From contig OZ241744.1 of the NCBI GenBank assembly GCA_965200965.1, positions 3,556,517-3,620,516 on the forward strand: DNA of 64,000 bases, in the 5' to 3' direction. The DNA comes from an uncultured Candidatus Binatia bacterium. GTDB lineage: Bacteria; Desulfobacterota; Binatia; Bin18. The position numbers and the translations under genes are program-made. This document shows positions 47,716-58,376 of the stretch, piece by piece. The first letter of the stretch is position 1, and the number at the start of each line of letters is the position of its first letter. The notes beneath the pieces are model-generated. The model ran no database searches. It was given only the letters and a program-made list of their open reading frames with translations, and was not told the DNA's origin.

Positions 47716-48603
47716 TCACAAGACCCGGGCCAAACGCCAGCGCGGGGGATGATGTTGGGCTAGGGCGACCAAGGTTCCGTCCGGGGTGACGAGCTGGAGA
47801 AGTTCGTGTGGGGCTGAGGCAGGCGGCAACTCGCGCAGGGGGGCTTGTTGGCCGTGACGCAAGGAGCTTGCCACTGCCGGAGAAATTTCGATTGTGCGGT
47901 AGTGGCCCAGCGCCTGGGACGGGGACAGCAGGTCGGCCTTCAGCCGATCCGGCCCTTCCAGGATCGTTGTCAGCGGCAGGCTGTCGGCAAGTCCGAACGA
48001 GCCAAAGGCGGTGCGTCTCAGGCTGAGCAGATGGGCCCCGCAGCCGAGGTCCGCACCAAGGTCGGCGGCCAGGGTACGCACATAGGTCCCTTTTGAGCAG
48101 ATGAGCGAGAAGCCGAGGGTATGTCGGTCTTGCGCCTCAAGGCTGAGGCGATGAATCACTGCCAGCCGGGGCTGGCGATCAACCACAAGACCCTGGCGGG
48201 CGAGCTTGTAGAGCGGTACGCCGTTTTTCTTGACAGCCGAATACATGGGCGGAGTTTGGAGAATGTCTCCGCAAAAACGGCGTTCAAGCTCACGCAGGAC
48301 ATCCGGTCCATAGTCGGGGACTGGGGCCGTGCGGCTGACCGTGCCCGTCCCGTCCTGGGTATCGGTTTGAATGCCCAGACGAATGGTTCCGGTATACGCC
48401 TTTTTCTCGGCCATCAGGAACTGTGCGATTTTGGTGCCAGTGCCAATACACACCGGCAACACTCCGCTGGCAAACGGGTCGAGCGTTCCCAGATGGCCGA
48501 CTTTTGTCTTCTTGGCGAGAACTTTTTTCAGGCTGTGGATGACATCCGCGGACGTCATCCCCACTGGTTTATCAACTAGCAGGATGCCATTTACTCCGGA
48601 CAC
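47716..48603 (-). CDS. truB: tRNA pseudouridine(55) synthase
   Basis: DKP, GHLGTLDP, PPMYSAVK, SKGTYVR. Confidence 0.96.
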   Translation of the reverse strand: MSGVNGILLVDKPVGMTSADVIHSLKKVLAKKTKVGHLGTLDPFASGVLPVCIGTGTKIAQFLMAEKKAYTGTIRLGIQTDTQDGTGTVSRTAPVPDYGPDVLRELERRFCGDILQTPPMYSAVKKNGVPLYKLARQGLVVDRQPRLAVIHRLSLEAQDRHTLGFSLICSKGTYVRTLAADLGADLGCGAHLLSLRRTAFGSFGLADSLPLTTILEGPDRLKADLLSPSQALGHYRTIEISPAVASSLRHGQQAPLRELPPASAPHELLQLVTPDGTLVALAQHHPPRWRLARVL

Positions 48604-48989
48604 GGTAGTTTTTTCTCTTGGGACGCTGAGACGGCTTGAGCGGCGCTCTCGGTCCGCGTCTGTTGAAACAGCGACTCCATATGGTTTGCCTGATCAATGC
48701 TCGTGTCGTACACAAAACGCAGCTGAGGAATGCGGCGGAGCCGCAGACGACCGGCAATGTGGCGTTGGATATACGCGCTGGCGCTTTTCAGACCGACTTC
48801 AACCTCGGTTCGGTGCGGGGGAGAGCCGAGCGTACGGAAAAAAATTCTTGCCTCTCCAAGGTCCGGGCTGAGAGAGACGGCGGTCAGGGTGACGCTGCGC
48901 ACACGCGGGTCTTTGACCTCACGGAGCAGAATATCTGCGACCGTCTCCAGCAGGAGGCCGCTGACACGTTCGGGCCTTCGAGAGGGCAT
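48591..48989 (-). CDS. rbfA: Ribosome-binding factor A
   Basis: KDPRV, SPDL, RRIPQLRFVYD. Confidence 0.95.
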   Translation of the reverse strand: MPSRRPERVSGLLLETVADILLREVKDPRVRSVTLTAVSLSPDLGEARIFFRTLGSPPHRTEVEVGLKSASAYIQRHIAGRLRLRRIPQLRFVYDTSIDQANHMESLFQQTRTESAAQAVSASQEKKLPCPE

Positions 48990-48990
48990 A

Positions 48991-49278
48991 CTAGTAATGT
49001 AGGAATTCTACGGCTTCCTCACCGACCTCGGCCAAGTGGAGTTTTTCGATAAAGCGGACGACGGCTCGCAGACCACCGTCAATATAGGTTTGGTCAGTCC
49101 CGACTTGGCAGATGCCGAGGACGGCTTTTTGCCATAAGTCCTGCCCACCACATTCGGCAATGGAAACATTGAACTCGTGGCGAACCCGGTTCTTGATCCG
49201 GCGTAAGGCACCCCGCTTCTCTTTGAGCGAGTGGCTGCCTTCAATATAGACGGCCAGCTGTAAAACACCAACGACCAC
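48991..49278 (-). CDS. DUF503 (YlxP) protein
   Basis: SHSLKEKR...FNVSIAE...DLWQ; lies between infB and rbfA. Confidence 0.88.
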   Translation of the reverse strand: MVVGVLQLAVYIEGSHSLKEKRGALRRIKNRVRHEFNVSIAECGGQDLWQKAVLGICQVGTDQTYIDGGLRAVVRFIEKLHLAEVGEEAVEFLHY

Positions 49279-49327
49279 GCTCCACCTCGTCACTCGACGG
49301 CTTGGGATTCGGTCTGGCTTGCCCCGG

Positions 49328-52237
49328 TCAGATGCGCGCCTGCGCTTCTGGACGCGGTTTGGGCTCAAGGCGGCGCAGCACTTGCTCAAGCTCGTAAATC
49401 TCGAGACCGTCTCCGGGCTGAATGTCTTTACAGATCTCGAGCCCGACCCCACACTCGGTGCCGGCCGGCACCTCTCGGACATCATCCTTAAAGCGTTTGA
49501 GGGTAGCTATTTTCCCCTCGTAGACGATGTGTTGAGCGCGTCGGAGGCGGGCCTGGGCACCGCGCTGGACGCGTCCCTCATTGACAAAGCAGCCGGCGAT
49601 CATACCCAAGCGGGAGATCGTGAAGACCTGTCGCACCTCAGCCTGACCCAAAAATTTTTCCTCATAGACCGGCTCAAGCAAGCCTTCGAGGGCGGCTCGG
49701 ATATCTTCAATCAGTTCGTAGATGACCGTGTAGAGCCAGATATCGATTCCTTCCCGTTCGGCCATATGGGCGGCTTTGCTCTCGGCTCGGACATTAAAAC
49801 CGATGATCACGCCCTTGGAGGCGGTTGCCAACAGGACATCTGACTCGGTAATGCCGCCGGGCGAGGCGTGCAGGATAGAGACCTTGACCTCGTCTGTTGA
49901 CAGGCGATTGAGGGCGTCGCTGACGGCTTCGATTGAACCCTGAACATCTCCCTTGATAATAACCCGGATATCTTTCACCTCGCCTGTCCGAACCTGCTGG
50001 TGAAAGTCTTCAAGTGAGCTGCGTGTCGGGGTCTTGGCCAGTTCGGTCTCGCGTCGTTTGGAACGCCGATGTTCGGTGACTTGGCGCACTTTGGCCTCAT
50101 CGTTGAGGACGACAAAAGAGTCTCCGGCCTCCGGCACTCCGGTCAGGCCCAGAATCTCGACCGGCATGGACGACGACGCTTTCTCAACTTTGTGACCCCA
50201 ACTATCAAGCATGGCACGAACACGACCGTGCTGGAGGCCACACACGAACGGGTCGCCAATTTTGAGCTCGCCCTCCTGGACTAACACGGTGGCAACCGGG
50301 CCACGGCCACGGTCAAGCTTTGCTTCAATAATAATGCCCCGGGCAAGTTTGTCGGGGTGAGAACGCAGTTCCATGATATCGGCCTGGAGCAGAATCATTT
50401 CCAGCAGCTCGGGAATACCTTCTCCGGTCAGGGCCGACACCGGAGCCACGATCACATCGCCGCCAAGATCCTCGGCCAGCAGACCATGATTCATCAGGTC
50501 GCGTTTGACGCGGGCCGGGTCGGTGCCGGGTTTGTCGATTTTATTGATCGCCACAATGATCGGCACATCTGCCGCGCGGGCATGGTTTATCGCTTCAACG
50601 GTCTGCGGCATGACGCCGTCATCAGCAGCTACAATGAGGGTGACAATATCGGTGACTTCGGCTCCCCGCGCCCGCATGGCGGTGAAGGCTTCGTGGCCCG
50701 GCGTGTCAAGAAAGGTCAGGCTGTGGCCGTCCACCTCGACACTGTAGGCACCGATATGTTGAGTAATGCCGCCGTGCTCGTGGACGGTCACACTGGTCCG
50801 GCGGATGGTGTCCAGGAGAGACGTTTTGCCGTGATCGACATGGCCCATGATGGTCACGACCGGCGGACGGGCCTCAAGCTGGCCTTCGTCCTCAATCGGC
50901 TCGTGGCTGTCCTCTAAGACCGAATCGACATCAAAGGCCACATTTTCAATCGTATACTCGAACTCATTAGCAGCCACGGCCGCGGTGTCCATATCAAGAA
51001 CTTGGTTAATCGTCGCCATCAGCCCCAGGCCCATGAGTTTCTTGATGACCTCCCCGGCCTTGACGCCCATCTGTCTGGCTAAGTCGCCGACCGTAATGAC
51101 CTCGGAGATGCGGATTACGCGCTTACTGGCCTTGGGAGTGGTGATCTCGGTCTGACGTTGTTCTTTGCCGGGCTGGACGCGACGTTTCTTGGCTACGCCA
51201 CGGGCCATGCGAATATCGAGCTCGGGGGTTTCCTGGAGTTCGGACTTGCGGATGACTTTGCGCTTTTTGCCTTTTTTGGGTAGGCGGGCCGGCACATCCT
51301 CGCTGTTTTGCAGCGGTTCCCGAAAAGCGACCGGTTCGGATGCGGACGAGGGAGCAGGACCCTTGCTTACTGGACGGCTGCGTTTGGCCTCTTGCAGTTT
51401 GCCGAGATCGATACGGCCCAGGACCCGGGCTGAACGCAGGCCGGCCGCTTGGTCTGTTTTGGCGGGGCCGACCGCTTCGGGCGGAGTGGCGGGCTTGACC
51501 ACTGGGAAACGGGCCGCGAGTTCTGCCACCCCGGTCTGCTCCGGCTGGTCCGGGAGTGAGGGTGAGATTTCGGGCTGGGTCAATCCCTGAGCCTCGGCCG
51601 CCAGACCTCCATCGGGCGTATCGCCTGACAGATCTTCGGCCAGGGAGACGGCCGGTGGCTCTGCGGTCCGGCCGGCGTCCGGTCCGTCCAGAGCCGAGAC
51701 GCCAACGGCCGGCTGGGGTGCGTCTTGGGGCAATTCTGGAATCAGGGCTGGGGGCGCTGTTGGCTCCTGAGACGCCGAGGGGAAGACCGCCGGCGGCTGG
51801 GGCAGATCGGTCGGAACCGGGTCTGGCAGATCAAAAGCGATCGGCGACCGGGCAGCAAAGGACTCGTCGAGAGAAGGGGCGGTGAACACCGGCGCTGGGG
51901 GCGGGGCCGCTTCCTCGTGTACCTCAATCCGTTTTGTTCGACGCCGAATGATGTTGGGTTTGATGCGGCTCTCACGCACCTCTTCGCGGGAGGTTACGAT
52001 CTGCTCGTTTTGGTCAACCTCAGTCACTATGCGTTCTGCGACGAGTTTTTCCTCGCCTAGAACCAGGTCTGGGGTTGGCTGCGGAACCGCTCCGGCGCGC
52101 ACCAGGGCGAACTCATCGTCGGTCAATGTACTCTGGGGGGTTTTCCCAGTCACCCCCACAAGCTCAAGCTTCGTGATAAGCTGACGGGTCTCCAGCCCCA
52201 AGTCCTTGGCCAATTCATGGATGCGCTTTTGTGGCAT
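49328..52237 (-). CDS. infB: Translation initiation factor IF-2
   Basis: [20 protein letters not shown]; long Pro/Ala-rich N-terminus. Confidence 0.98.
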   Translation of the reverse strand: MPQKRIHELAKDLGLETRQLITKLELVGVTGKTPQSTLTDDEFALVRAGAVPQPTPDLVLGEEKLVAERIVTEVDQNEQIVTSREEVRESRIKPNIIRRRTKRIEVHEEAAPPPAPVFTAPSLDESFAARSPIAFDLPDPVPTDLPQPPAVFPSASQEPTAPPALIPELPQDAPQPAVGVSALDGPDAGRTAEPPAVSLAEDLSGDTPDGGLAAEAQGLTQPEISPSLPDQPEQTGVAELAARFPVVKPATPPEAVGPAKTDQAAGLRSARVLGRIDLGKLQEAKRSRPVSKGPAPSSASEPVAFREPLQNSEDVPARLPKKGKKRKVIRKSELQETPELDIRMARGVAKKRRVQPGKEQRQTEITTPKASKRVIRISEVITVGDLARQMGVKAGEVIKKLMGLGLMATINQVLDMDTAAVAANEFEYTIENVAFDVDSVLEDSHEPIEDEGQLEARPPVVTIMGHVDHGKTSLLDTIRRTSVTVHEHGGITQHIGAYSVEVDGHSLTFLDTPGHEAFTAMRARGAEVTDIVTLIVAADDGVMPQTVEAINHARAADVPIIVAINKIDKPGTDPARVKRDLMNHGLLAEDLGGDVIVAPVSALTGEGIPELLEMILLQADIMELRSHPDKLARGIIIEAKLDRGRGPVATVLVQEGELKIGDPFVCGLQHGRVRAMLDSWGHKVEKASSSMPVEILGLTGVPEAGDSFVVLNDEAKVRQVTEHRRSKRRETELAKTPTRSSLEDFHQQVRTGEVKDIRVIIKGDVQGSIEAVSDALNRLSTDEVKVSILHASPGGITESDVLLATASKGVIIGFNVRAESKAAHMAEREGIDIWLYTVIYELIEDIRAALEGLLEPVYEEKFLGQAEVRQVFTISRLGMIAGCFVNEGRVQRGAQARLRRAQHIVYEGKIATLKRFKDDVREVPAGTECGVGLEICKDIQPGDGLEIYELEQVLRRLEPKPRPEAQARI

Positions 52238-52256
52238 ATACCCGCATTCCCTCCAG

Positions 52257-52523
52257 TCACAGTGTCAGACTGTTCTCAATCAGGCTGGCGTAGCGTTCTC
52301 GGACTTCTCGTGAGACCGTTGTCTTGAGCGAGCGAACAAAACTTGACCGGGTATTCATAAAGGCATCGAGACACGAACGATGTGGGTGGAGATAGGCTCC
52401 TCGGCCCGGGCTCGGTCCGGGGTGGAGGAGCCCGTCTCGGCCCCGGGCAAAGCGGAACAAGCGTTCCTGCCGCGCACGCTTCCCACAGCCAACACAGCGA
52501 CGTACAGGATTGGCCCGCTTCAT
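52257..52523 (-). CDS. ylxR: YlxR/DUF448 RNA-binding protein
   Basis: PVRRCVGC, GRGAYL; lies between nusA and infB. Confidence 0.88.
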   Translation of the reverse strand: MKRANPVRRCVGCGKRARQERLFRFARGRDGLLHPGPSPGRGAYLHPHRSCLDAFMNTRSSFVRSLKTTVSREVRERYASLIENSLTL

Positions 52524-53911
52524 AACTCTTCCGCCGCGGTTTGTGTGCTCTCCGCTCCATCTGTGGCCTGGGGTAGCAGGGCTTCCTGCAGTCTGTCGGC
52601 CGGTCCGTCTCTCACCCCGTCTGGCGCGTCGCTCGACTCCTGATTTTCGGCTTCCGCTGCGGCCTGATCGGCAACACAGTCCTGAGCGGCCTGGAGGATA
52701 GCTGTGGCCTTGTCCGCTGCGATCCCCTCCAACTCGGCCAGCGCAGCCGTATCGGCTTCAGCCACATCTGCGGCAGATTTATAGCCTTGTTGATATAAGA
52801 GTTCGGCGGTCAGATCGCCGATGCCCGCCACGCTTGTCAACGACTCCAGGGCCTGCGCGCGCTCCAGTTCAACCTCGGATTCTGAACGGACATCAAGCCG
52901 CCACATCGTTAAACGGGAGGCAAGACGGACATTCTGGCCTTTTTTGCCAATGGCTAAGGACAGCTGATCGTCGGGAACGATGATTTCCATAGTGGAGTCG
53001 TCTTCATCAAGAATAATCTTGGACACCTTGGCTGGCAAGATGGCCCGGCAGACATATTCGGCCGGGTCAGGGGTCCAGGGCACAATATCAACCCGCTCAC
53101 CACGGAGTTCCTGGACAACGGCTTGGACCCGGGTGCCCTTCATCCCCACACAGGCCCCAACCGGGTCAACATCGGGGTCGGTAGAATGGACGGCAATCTT
53201 GGCCCGGTTCCCCGGCTCGCGGGCCGCCCCTTTAATTTCAATAATCCCTTCGTAGACCTCGGGCGCTTCTTGCTCAAAGAGTTTGATCAGAAAACCGGGA
53301 TGCGTGCGGGACAGAACAATCTGGGGACCTTTATACGACATCTCGACGTCCAGAACAAAGGCGCGGATGCGGTCCCCCTGCCGATACCGTTCCCAGGGAA
53401 TCTGTTCTTTTTCGGGCAGCACAGCGTCGGTGCGGCCGAGATTGACGATAATGTTCCTGCGCTCAATGCGCTGCACGATGCCGGAGAAGATTTCACCTTT
53501 GCGATCCCGAAACTCGTTGTAAATCAGCTCGCGCTCGGCTTCCCGGACTTTCTGGATCACGCTTTGCTTGGCCACCTGGGCGGCAATGCGACCAAACGAG
53601 GTGGCCGGTAACTTGTTGAGTAACTCATCGCCCTCTTGGGCGTCGGGGTCCATATGAGCACGGGCGTCGGGAAGCGTCATCTCGGTGTCCGGGTCGCTGA
53701 CGGTCTGCACGACCGTCTTGATTTCAAACAACTCCACCTCGCCAATCTCTGTATTGAATTTTGCCTCAATCCGCTTTTGGCCAAAGGTGCGTCTCGCCGC
53801 GGACAGCATGGCGCTCTCAACGGCTTCGATGATGACCTGACGCTCCATGCCTTTTTCTTTGCTGACCTGTTCAATCACCCTATTCAGCTCTGGGTTCCGC
53901 TCTGGCTGCAT
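52520..53911 (-). CDS. nusA: Transcription factor NusA
   Basis: FGRIAAQ, AREPG, DPVGACVG, LAIGKKGQNVRLA. Confidence 0.98.
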   Translation of the reverse strand: MQPERNPELNRVIEQVSKEKGMERQVIIEAVESAMLSAARRTFGQKRIEAKFNTEIGEVELFEIKTVVQTVSDPDTEMTLPDARAHMDPDAQEGDELLNKLPATSFGRIAAQVAKQSVIQKVREAERELIYNEFRDRKGEIFSGIVQRIERRNIIVNLGRTDAVLPEKEQIPWERYRQGDRIRAFVLDVEMSYKGPQIVLSRTHPGFLIKLFEQEAPEVYEGIIEIKGAAREPGNRAKIAVHSTDPDVDPVGACVGMKGTRVQAVVQELRGERVDIVPWTPDPAEYVCRAILPAKVSKIILDEDDSTMEIIVPDDQLSLAIGKKGQNVRLASRLTMWRLDVRSESEVELERAQALESLTSVAGIGDLTAELLYQQGYKSAADVAEADTAALAELEGIAADKATAILQAAQDCVADQAAAEAENQESSDAPDGVRDGPADRLQEALLPQATDGAESTQTAAEEL

Positions 53912-53925
53912 GGCGAGTGTTCTCC

Positions 53926-54447
53926 CTATGGGGCTACTTTCCGTCGCCCGACATTTTTTTTCTTCTGCCCTCCGACCGGAAACTCATAATCGACCTGCGC
54001 TCTGGCTATCGCCTGCCAGGGAATATGGACCACGCCAAGCGACTTGTCCTCAATACTAACCTGACGCTCATCCGTTTCTCTCAGCAGTCCGCGAAATGTT
54101 CGTTGCCCGTGCCGGACGCTTGTTGTCTGGAGCCGAATGCGCTGGCCGAGATAGCGGGTGTAGTGGCTCGGACGGAGCAGCAGGCGGTTAATGCCAGGCG
54201 AAGACACTTCCAGCGTATAGCGTCGGGGGATGAGGCCGTGGGCGTCAAGCACATCGCTCAGTTCCCGGTGGACCTGCGTCAGTTCATCAAGCGGAACGCC
54301 ACCTTCTCGGTCAAGGGTTATCCGTAATATCCATTGTCTGGCTTCTGACCGAAAGACAAGCTCCCAGATTTCACAGCCGGCCGCTTCTACCACCCCGGCC
54401 GCGATACGCTCAACTTGCCGGACAATATCTTGGTCTCCGGACCGCAT
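53926..54447 (-). CDS. rimP: Ribosome maturation factor RimP
   Basis: YTLEVSSPGINR; first gene of the nusA operon. Confidence 0.93.
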   Translation of the reverse strand: MRSGDQDIVRQVERIAAGVVEAAGCEIWELVFRSEARQWILRITLDREGGVPLDELTQVHRELSDVLDAHGLIPRRYTLEVSSPGINRLLLRPSHYTRYLGQRIRLQTTSVRHGQRTFRGLLRETDERQVSIEDKSLGVVHIPWQAIARAQVDYEFPVGGQKKKNVGRRKVAP

Positions 54448-54454
54448 CTCCAAA

Positions 54455-54478
54455 AAGAGTGGGCACCAGCCCACTCTT
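54455..54478 (-). promoter_or_regulatory. rimP leader hairpin
   Basis: Perfect 10-bp stem aagagtgggc/gcccactctt with a 4-nt loop, followed by a U-run and the RBS, just upstream of the rimP ATG. Confidence 0.7.
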
Positions 54479-54566
54479 CCTCTACCTCCCTCCGCCAACA
54501 CACTAGACGAACTGTGGCTGGTGCGCAAGAGCCGAGGGACACGAATTGTATGACTAGGCGCGCTCT

Positions 54567-55052
54567 TCACCCGCCAAGATCGTCGGTGCGTTCGTGCAGC
54601 GTGGTCAGCTCAATGATTTCGTACAGGCGTTTGCCCTCGGGGGTCTGTACCTCTGCCTCGTCAGCAACCGATTTATGCAGCAGCGCCTGGCCAATCGGTG
54701 AATGGAGAGAGATCTTCCCGCTGGCAGGATCGACTTCCTCGGGAAAGACGATTCGGTATTCAACGATCTCTCCGCTGTCAATATCTTCGAGTTTGACCCG
54801 ACTACCATACGCGATCACGTCTTTTGGGATGCTCGATACATCGTACAGGGACAACTGGCTTATCCGCTCTTCATACTGCGCAATGCGTGCCCGGACGAAG
54901 TCCTGCCGGGCGCGGGCTGCCTCATACTCGGCATTTTCACTCAGATCACCGTGGGCTGCCGCCTCTTGGAGATCTTTTGGAATTTTCACATTCAGCTCGT
55001 GGTAGAGTGCTTCAAGTTCTTGTCTGAGCCGTTTCGTAACAGGCAGTTCCAT
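54567..55052 (-). CDS. greA: GreA/GreB family elongation factor
   Basis: HGDLSENAEY, ISLHSPIGQALL. Confidence 0.9.
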   Translation of the reverse strand: MELPVTKRLRQELEALYHELNVKIPKDLQEAAAHGDLSENAEYEAARARQDFVRARIAQYEERISQLSLYDVSSIPKDVIAYGSRVKLEDIDSGEIVEYRIVFPEEVDPASGKISLHSPIGQALLHKSVADEAEVQTPEGKRLYEIIELTTLHERTDDLGG

Positions 55053-55095
55053 GCGGTGTCCTCCTGCATAGTGAGGATGGTGTGGCACAAAGGCA

Positions 55096-55126
55096 GCAGG
55101 GGCTGGTTGCAAAAACCAACCCCTGC
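55096..55126. terminator. Hairpin between the thiolase gene and greA
   Basis: gcaggggctggtt...aaccaacccctgc imperfect inverted repeat. Confidence 0.4.
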
Positions 55127-55153
55127 CGGAGAAGCGAAAAGGAATAAGAGAGC

Positions 55154-56290
55154 TTAGGCGGTGAGAATATGGACCGTGCAGGCCGAACCGAGGCCAATGA
55201 CATGGGCGAGGCCGGCTTTGGCCCCTTCAACCTGCCGCGCTCCGCCATTGCCGCGCAACTGGTTGACCAGTTCATAGATGTTGGCCACGCCGGTCGCGCC
55301 GAGCGGATGGCCTTTTGACAGCAGCCCGCCGCTGACGTTGACCGGAACTTTGCCGCCCAGCGCGGTCTCCCCCTGGTCGATCAGCTGGCCGGCTTCGCCC
55401 TCGCCACACAGCCCAAGGTTTTCATAGTGCAGCAACTCGGCGGTGGCAAAGCAGTCGTGCAGTTCAACCACATCAAGGTCTTGGGGACCGAGGCCGGCTT
55501 TGTCGTAAGCCTGTGTGGCCGCATTCCGGGTCAGGGTGTTAACGTCGGGCATGGTCAGGTCGCGCTCGGTATACGGATCAGAGGTCAAAACCGAAGCCGC
55601 CACCTTGATGGGCTTCGCGGTGAACTGCTTCATCTTTTCTTCAGAGACGAGGATAGCCGCGGCCGCCCCATCGCCAGTCGGACAGCACATGTACAAGGTG
55701 TTCGGGTAGGCGACCATCCGGGCTTTCATCACGTCGTCCAGAGAGACCTCAACCTGGTACTGGGACAGGGGGTTATGCACCGAGTGTTTATGGTTTTTGA
55801 CCGAGATCTTGGCAAACTGTTCAGCCGTGGTGCCATACTTGCGCATGTGTTCAACCCCGGCTTGGCCAAACACCGCCGGCATCAGGCCACTGCCTAAGAC
55901 ACCCTCAACGCTCTCGCCGCCGCTGCGCGCACCACCGCCGAGCAGGCCCATTTTTCCCATCTGCTCAACGCCGACCGCCATAGTCACGTCGTACATGCCG
56001 GACGCCACGCCGACATAGGCTTCACGGAAAGCGGTGGAGCCGGTCGCGCAGGCGTTGGAGACGTTAAAGACAGGGATGCCGGTTTGCCCGATCTGTTGCA
56101 GAATCTTCTGGCCGTTCATCGCGTTGGCCTGAAACAGATTGCCACACACGAACATCTCAATATCCTTGATGGACATGCCGGCATCTTTGAGGGCACCCAG
56201 GGCGGCTTCACCGCCGAGCTGCGACACATCCTTGTCTGGATAACGGCCAAACTTGATCATACCTACGCCGAGTACATATGCGTCTCTCAT
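55154..56290 (-). CDS. SCP-x-type thiolase family protein
   Basis: NACATGS, ELHDCF, SGGLLSKGHPLGATG. Confidence 0.92.
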   Translation of the reverse strand: MRDAYVLGVGMIKFGRYPDKDVSQLGGEAALGALKDAGMSIKDIEMFVCGNLFQANAMNGQKILQQIGQTGIPVFNVSNACATGSTAFREAYVGVASGMYDVTMAVGVEQMGKMGLLGGGARSGGESVEGVLGSGLMPAVFGQAGVEHMRKYGTTAEQFAKISVKNHKHSVHNPLSQYQVEVSLDDVMKARMVAYPNTLYMCCPTGDGAAAAILVSEEKMKQFTAKPIKVAASVLTSDPYTERDLTMPDVNTLTRNAATQAYDKAGLGPQDLDVVELHDCFATAELLHYENLGLCGEGEAGQLIDQGETALGGKVPVNVSGGLLSKGHPLGATGVANIYELVNQLRGNGGARQVEGAKAGLAHVIGLGSACTVHILTA

Positions 56291-56349
56291 GGTTCTGCCT
56301 CCCTTTCTGCGGCGTGTTGGGGTGGTTCGGTTCCTCACGAGAACCACCG

Positions 56350-56811
56350 CTAATTCTGGCTGGGCTTAAAGAAAAAAGCAACGATATCAATAGTTTCTTC
56401 TTCGTCCTGGGCATTTTTCTCTGTGCGTTCGCGCACCTTGCGGGTCACTAGCTCAACCGGCATTCCAAACTCCAGCTTGGCCGGGTCGGGTTCAACATCA
56501 ACCAGATTGCAGCGCACACTGACCCCCTCGGGCAGGTCAACAATGGCCGACACATACGGAACCGCAACGCCGGGGACCGACTGATGGACGATGGAGTAGA
56601 CATACAGGCTGCCACGGTTGCTGAGTTTGACCTCGGTGAGCGGCTGTGTGGCCGTACACTTACTACAGCCCACCCGGCCGCTGCCGATAAAGTGCGCACC
56701 ACACGCCGGGCAGCGGTAGCCGACCAGATAGGGCTGTTCGTCCGGGGAGGTCGGCAAGCGCAGCATGGGGGCGATTGCCCGTTGTCTATTGCCTGTTCCC
56801 TCTGCCGCCAT
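56350..56811 (-). CDS. Zn-ribbon/OB-fold (DUF35) protein
   Basis: CPACG...CSKC, PYVSAIVDL, GMPVEL; adjacent to the thiolase. Confidence 0.9.
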   Translation of the reverse strand: MAAEGTGNRQRAIAPMLRLPTSPDEQPYLVGYRCPACGAHFIGSGRVGCSKCTATQPLTEVKLSNRGSLYVYSIVHQSVPGVAVPYVSAIVDLPEGVSVRCNLVDVEPDPAKLEFGMPVELVTRKVRERTEKNAQDEEETIDIVAFFFKPSQN

Positions 56812-56949
56812 AAGCCCTCCTTCCGTTACGCTTGACTCTCCAGCTTCAGGACTATGCCTTCCGTGGCTACCCATACCTGAGCGCAGCCCTGAAAACAAGC
56901 CCTGGCCCGGCATTGCGCCCCCGGACCGCAGGCAGTATACACCCCTGCG

Positions 56950-57690
56950 ATGAGAACACGCGAGCTCTGGCGGCGTATCAGACACGCCGTCGTCCCATTG
57001 CTCTACCCCCAACGCTGTCTTGGCTGCGAGACGATTCTTGCCGCTGAACGGGTGTTCTGCCTAGCCTGTCAGCCGGCGGTCAAGCTGATTGTCGCCCCGT
57101 TCTGTCAGCGCTGCGGCCTACCCTCTCCGGCCGGCCCGCTGCCGGTCTGTCCTGGCTGTTTTCTGCGCGAACCCGCCTTTCGCCGGGCGTGGGCCTGGGC
57201 TTGCTACGACAGTCCGGGAAAAAGTGCGCAACCGCTCAGCAGGGCTATCCAGCGCTTCAAGTACCAACGCCGGCTGGACAGCGGAGCGGCCCTAGCCGCG
57301 CTGGCCGCCGAGCATTGCGGCCTGACCGGCGGCGACTATGACTGCATTCTGCCCGTTCCGCTCCATCTCAGCCGTTTACGCTGGCGGGGTTTCAACCAGT
57401 CCCTTGTGCTGGCCCGGGCCATTGGCCAGCGGCACACCATTGCCGTAGACCCCTGTGTGTTGCAGCGCATCAAGCCAACGCCGCCCCAAGCCCGACTCAC
57501 CAAACGTGAGCGCCGGATCAACGTGAAAGGCGCTTTTGCCGTGGCCGAGCCCGACCGGCTCGCCGGCAAAGCCCTGCTCCTTGTTGACGATGTGCAGACC
57601 TCCGGGGCAACCGTTGAAGAGTGCGCCCGGACCCTGTATCAGGGGGGAGCGCGAGCCGTCGATGTTTTTACCCTGGCCCGGGCGGTGTAG
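56950..57690 (+). CDS. comF: ComF family phosphoribosyltransferase-like protein
   Basis: Double Zn ribbon, PVPLH...RGFNQS, LLVDDVQTSGAT. Confidence 0.92.
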   Translation: MRTRELWRRIRHAVVPLLYPQRCLGCETILAAERVFCLACQPAVKLIVAPFCQRCGLPSPAGPLPVCPGCFLREPAFRRAWAWACYDSPGKSAQPLSRAIQRFKYQRRLDSGAALAALAAEHCGLTGGDYDCILPVPLHLSRLRWRGFNQSLVLARAIGQRHTIAVDPCVLQRIKPTPPQARLTKRERRINVKGAFAVAEPDRLAGKALLLVDDVQTSGATVEECARTLYQGGARAVDVFTLARAV

Positions 57691-57707
57691 CGCTGGATGA
57701 GGGCTGT

Positions 57708-58376
57708 ATGCACACCGCACAGACCCCCTTGCCGCTGGGCGTGCTCATTTCAGGCGGGGGCACAAATCTGCAGGCGATTCTTGACGCAATCGCCGTCGGT
57801 CGGCTACCGGCCGAGATTCGGCTGGTGGTGAGCAACCGGTGCGACGCCTACGGTCTGACCCGGGCCGAGCGGCACGGCATCCCGACTGCGGCCCTGCCCC
57901 ACCGCGACTTCTCATCGCGCCAGGCGTTTGAGGCCGCGCTAATCGCCGCCCTGCGCGGCCGGGGGGTCGAGCTGGTTGTGCTGGCCGGTTTTCTGCGCCT
58001 GCTCTCGCCCGTCTTTCTTCAGGCTTTTCCTCAGCGCATCATGAATATCCATCCCAGCCTGCTGCCGGCCTTTCCCGGCCTGCACGCCCAGCGGCAAGCC
58101 CTGGAACGTGGGGTCAGGATTGCCGGCGCGACCGTCCACTTTGTTGACCAAGAGATGGACCACGGCCCGATTATCAGCCAAGCCGCGGTCCCGGTCTATG
58201 CCGATGACACCGAAGCCAGCCTGAGCGCCCGCATCCTGGCCCAAGAGCACCGGCTCTACCCGCAGGCGATCGGCCTGTATGCCGAAGGCCGCCTGGAAGT
58301 CCGGGGCCGCAGCGTCCTCGTCCATGACGAAGTGCGCCAGCCGGACAGGCCGCTGACCGCGCCCGAGCTGGTATGA
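57708..58376 (+). CDS. purN: Phosphoribosylglycinamide formyltransferase
   Basis: ISGGGTNLQA, NIHPSLLP, GATVHFV, DHGPII. Confidence 0.97.
   Translation: MHTAQTPLPLGVLISGGGTNLQAILDAIAVGRLPAEIRLVVSNRCDAYGLTRAERHGIPTAALPHRDFSSRQAFEAALIAALRGRGVELVVLAGFLRLLSPVFLQAFPQRIMNIHPSLLPAFPGLHAQRQALERGVRIAGATVHFVDQEMDHGPIISQAAVPVYADDTEASLSARILAQEHRLYPQAIGLYAEGRLEVRGRSVLVHDEVRQPDRPLTAPELV

Noticed and set aside
47774-47783. gttccgtcc as a fourth copy of the palindromic element
   Set aside because: Only 9 bp, no second arm, and it encodes ordinary TruB residues.
51170-51910. Pro/Ala-rich stretch in infB as an insertion element
   Set aside because: A variable low-complexity IF-2 N-terminus is normal; no repeats or element ends.
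55154-56811. Thiolase plus DUF35 pair as a novel system
   Set aside because: A well-known pairing in acyl-CoA and steroid catabolism.
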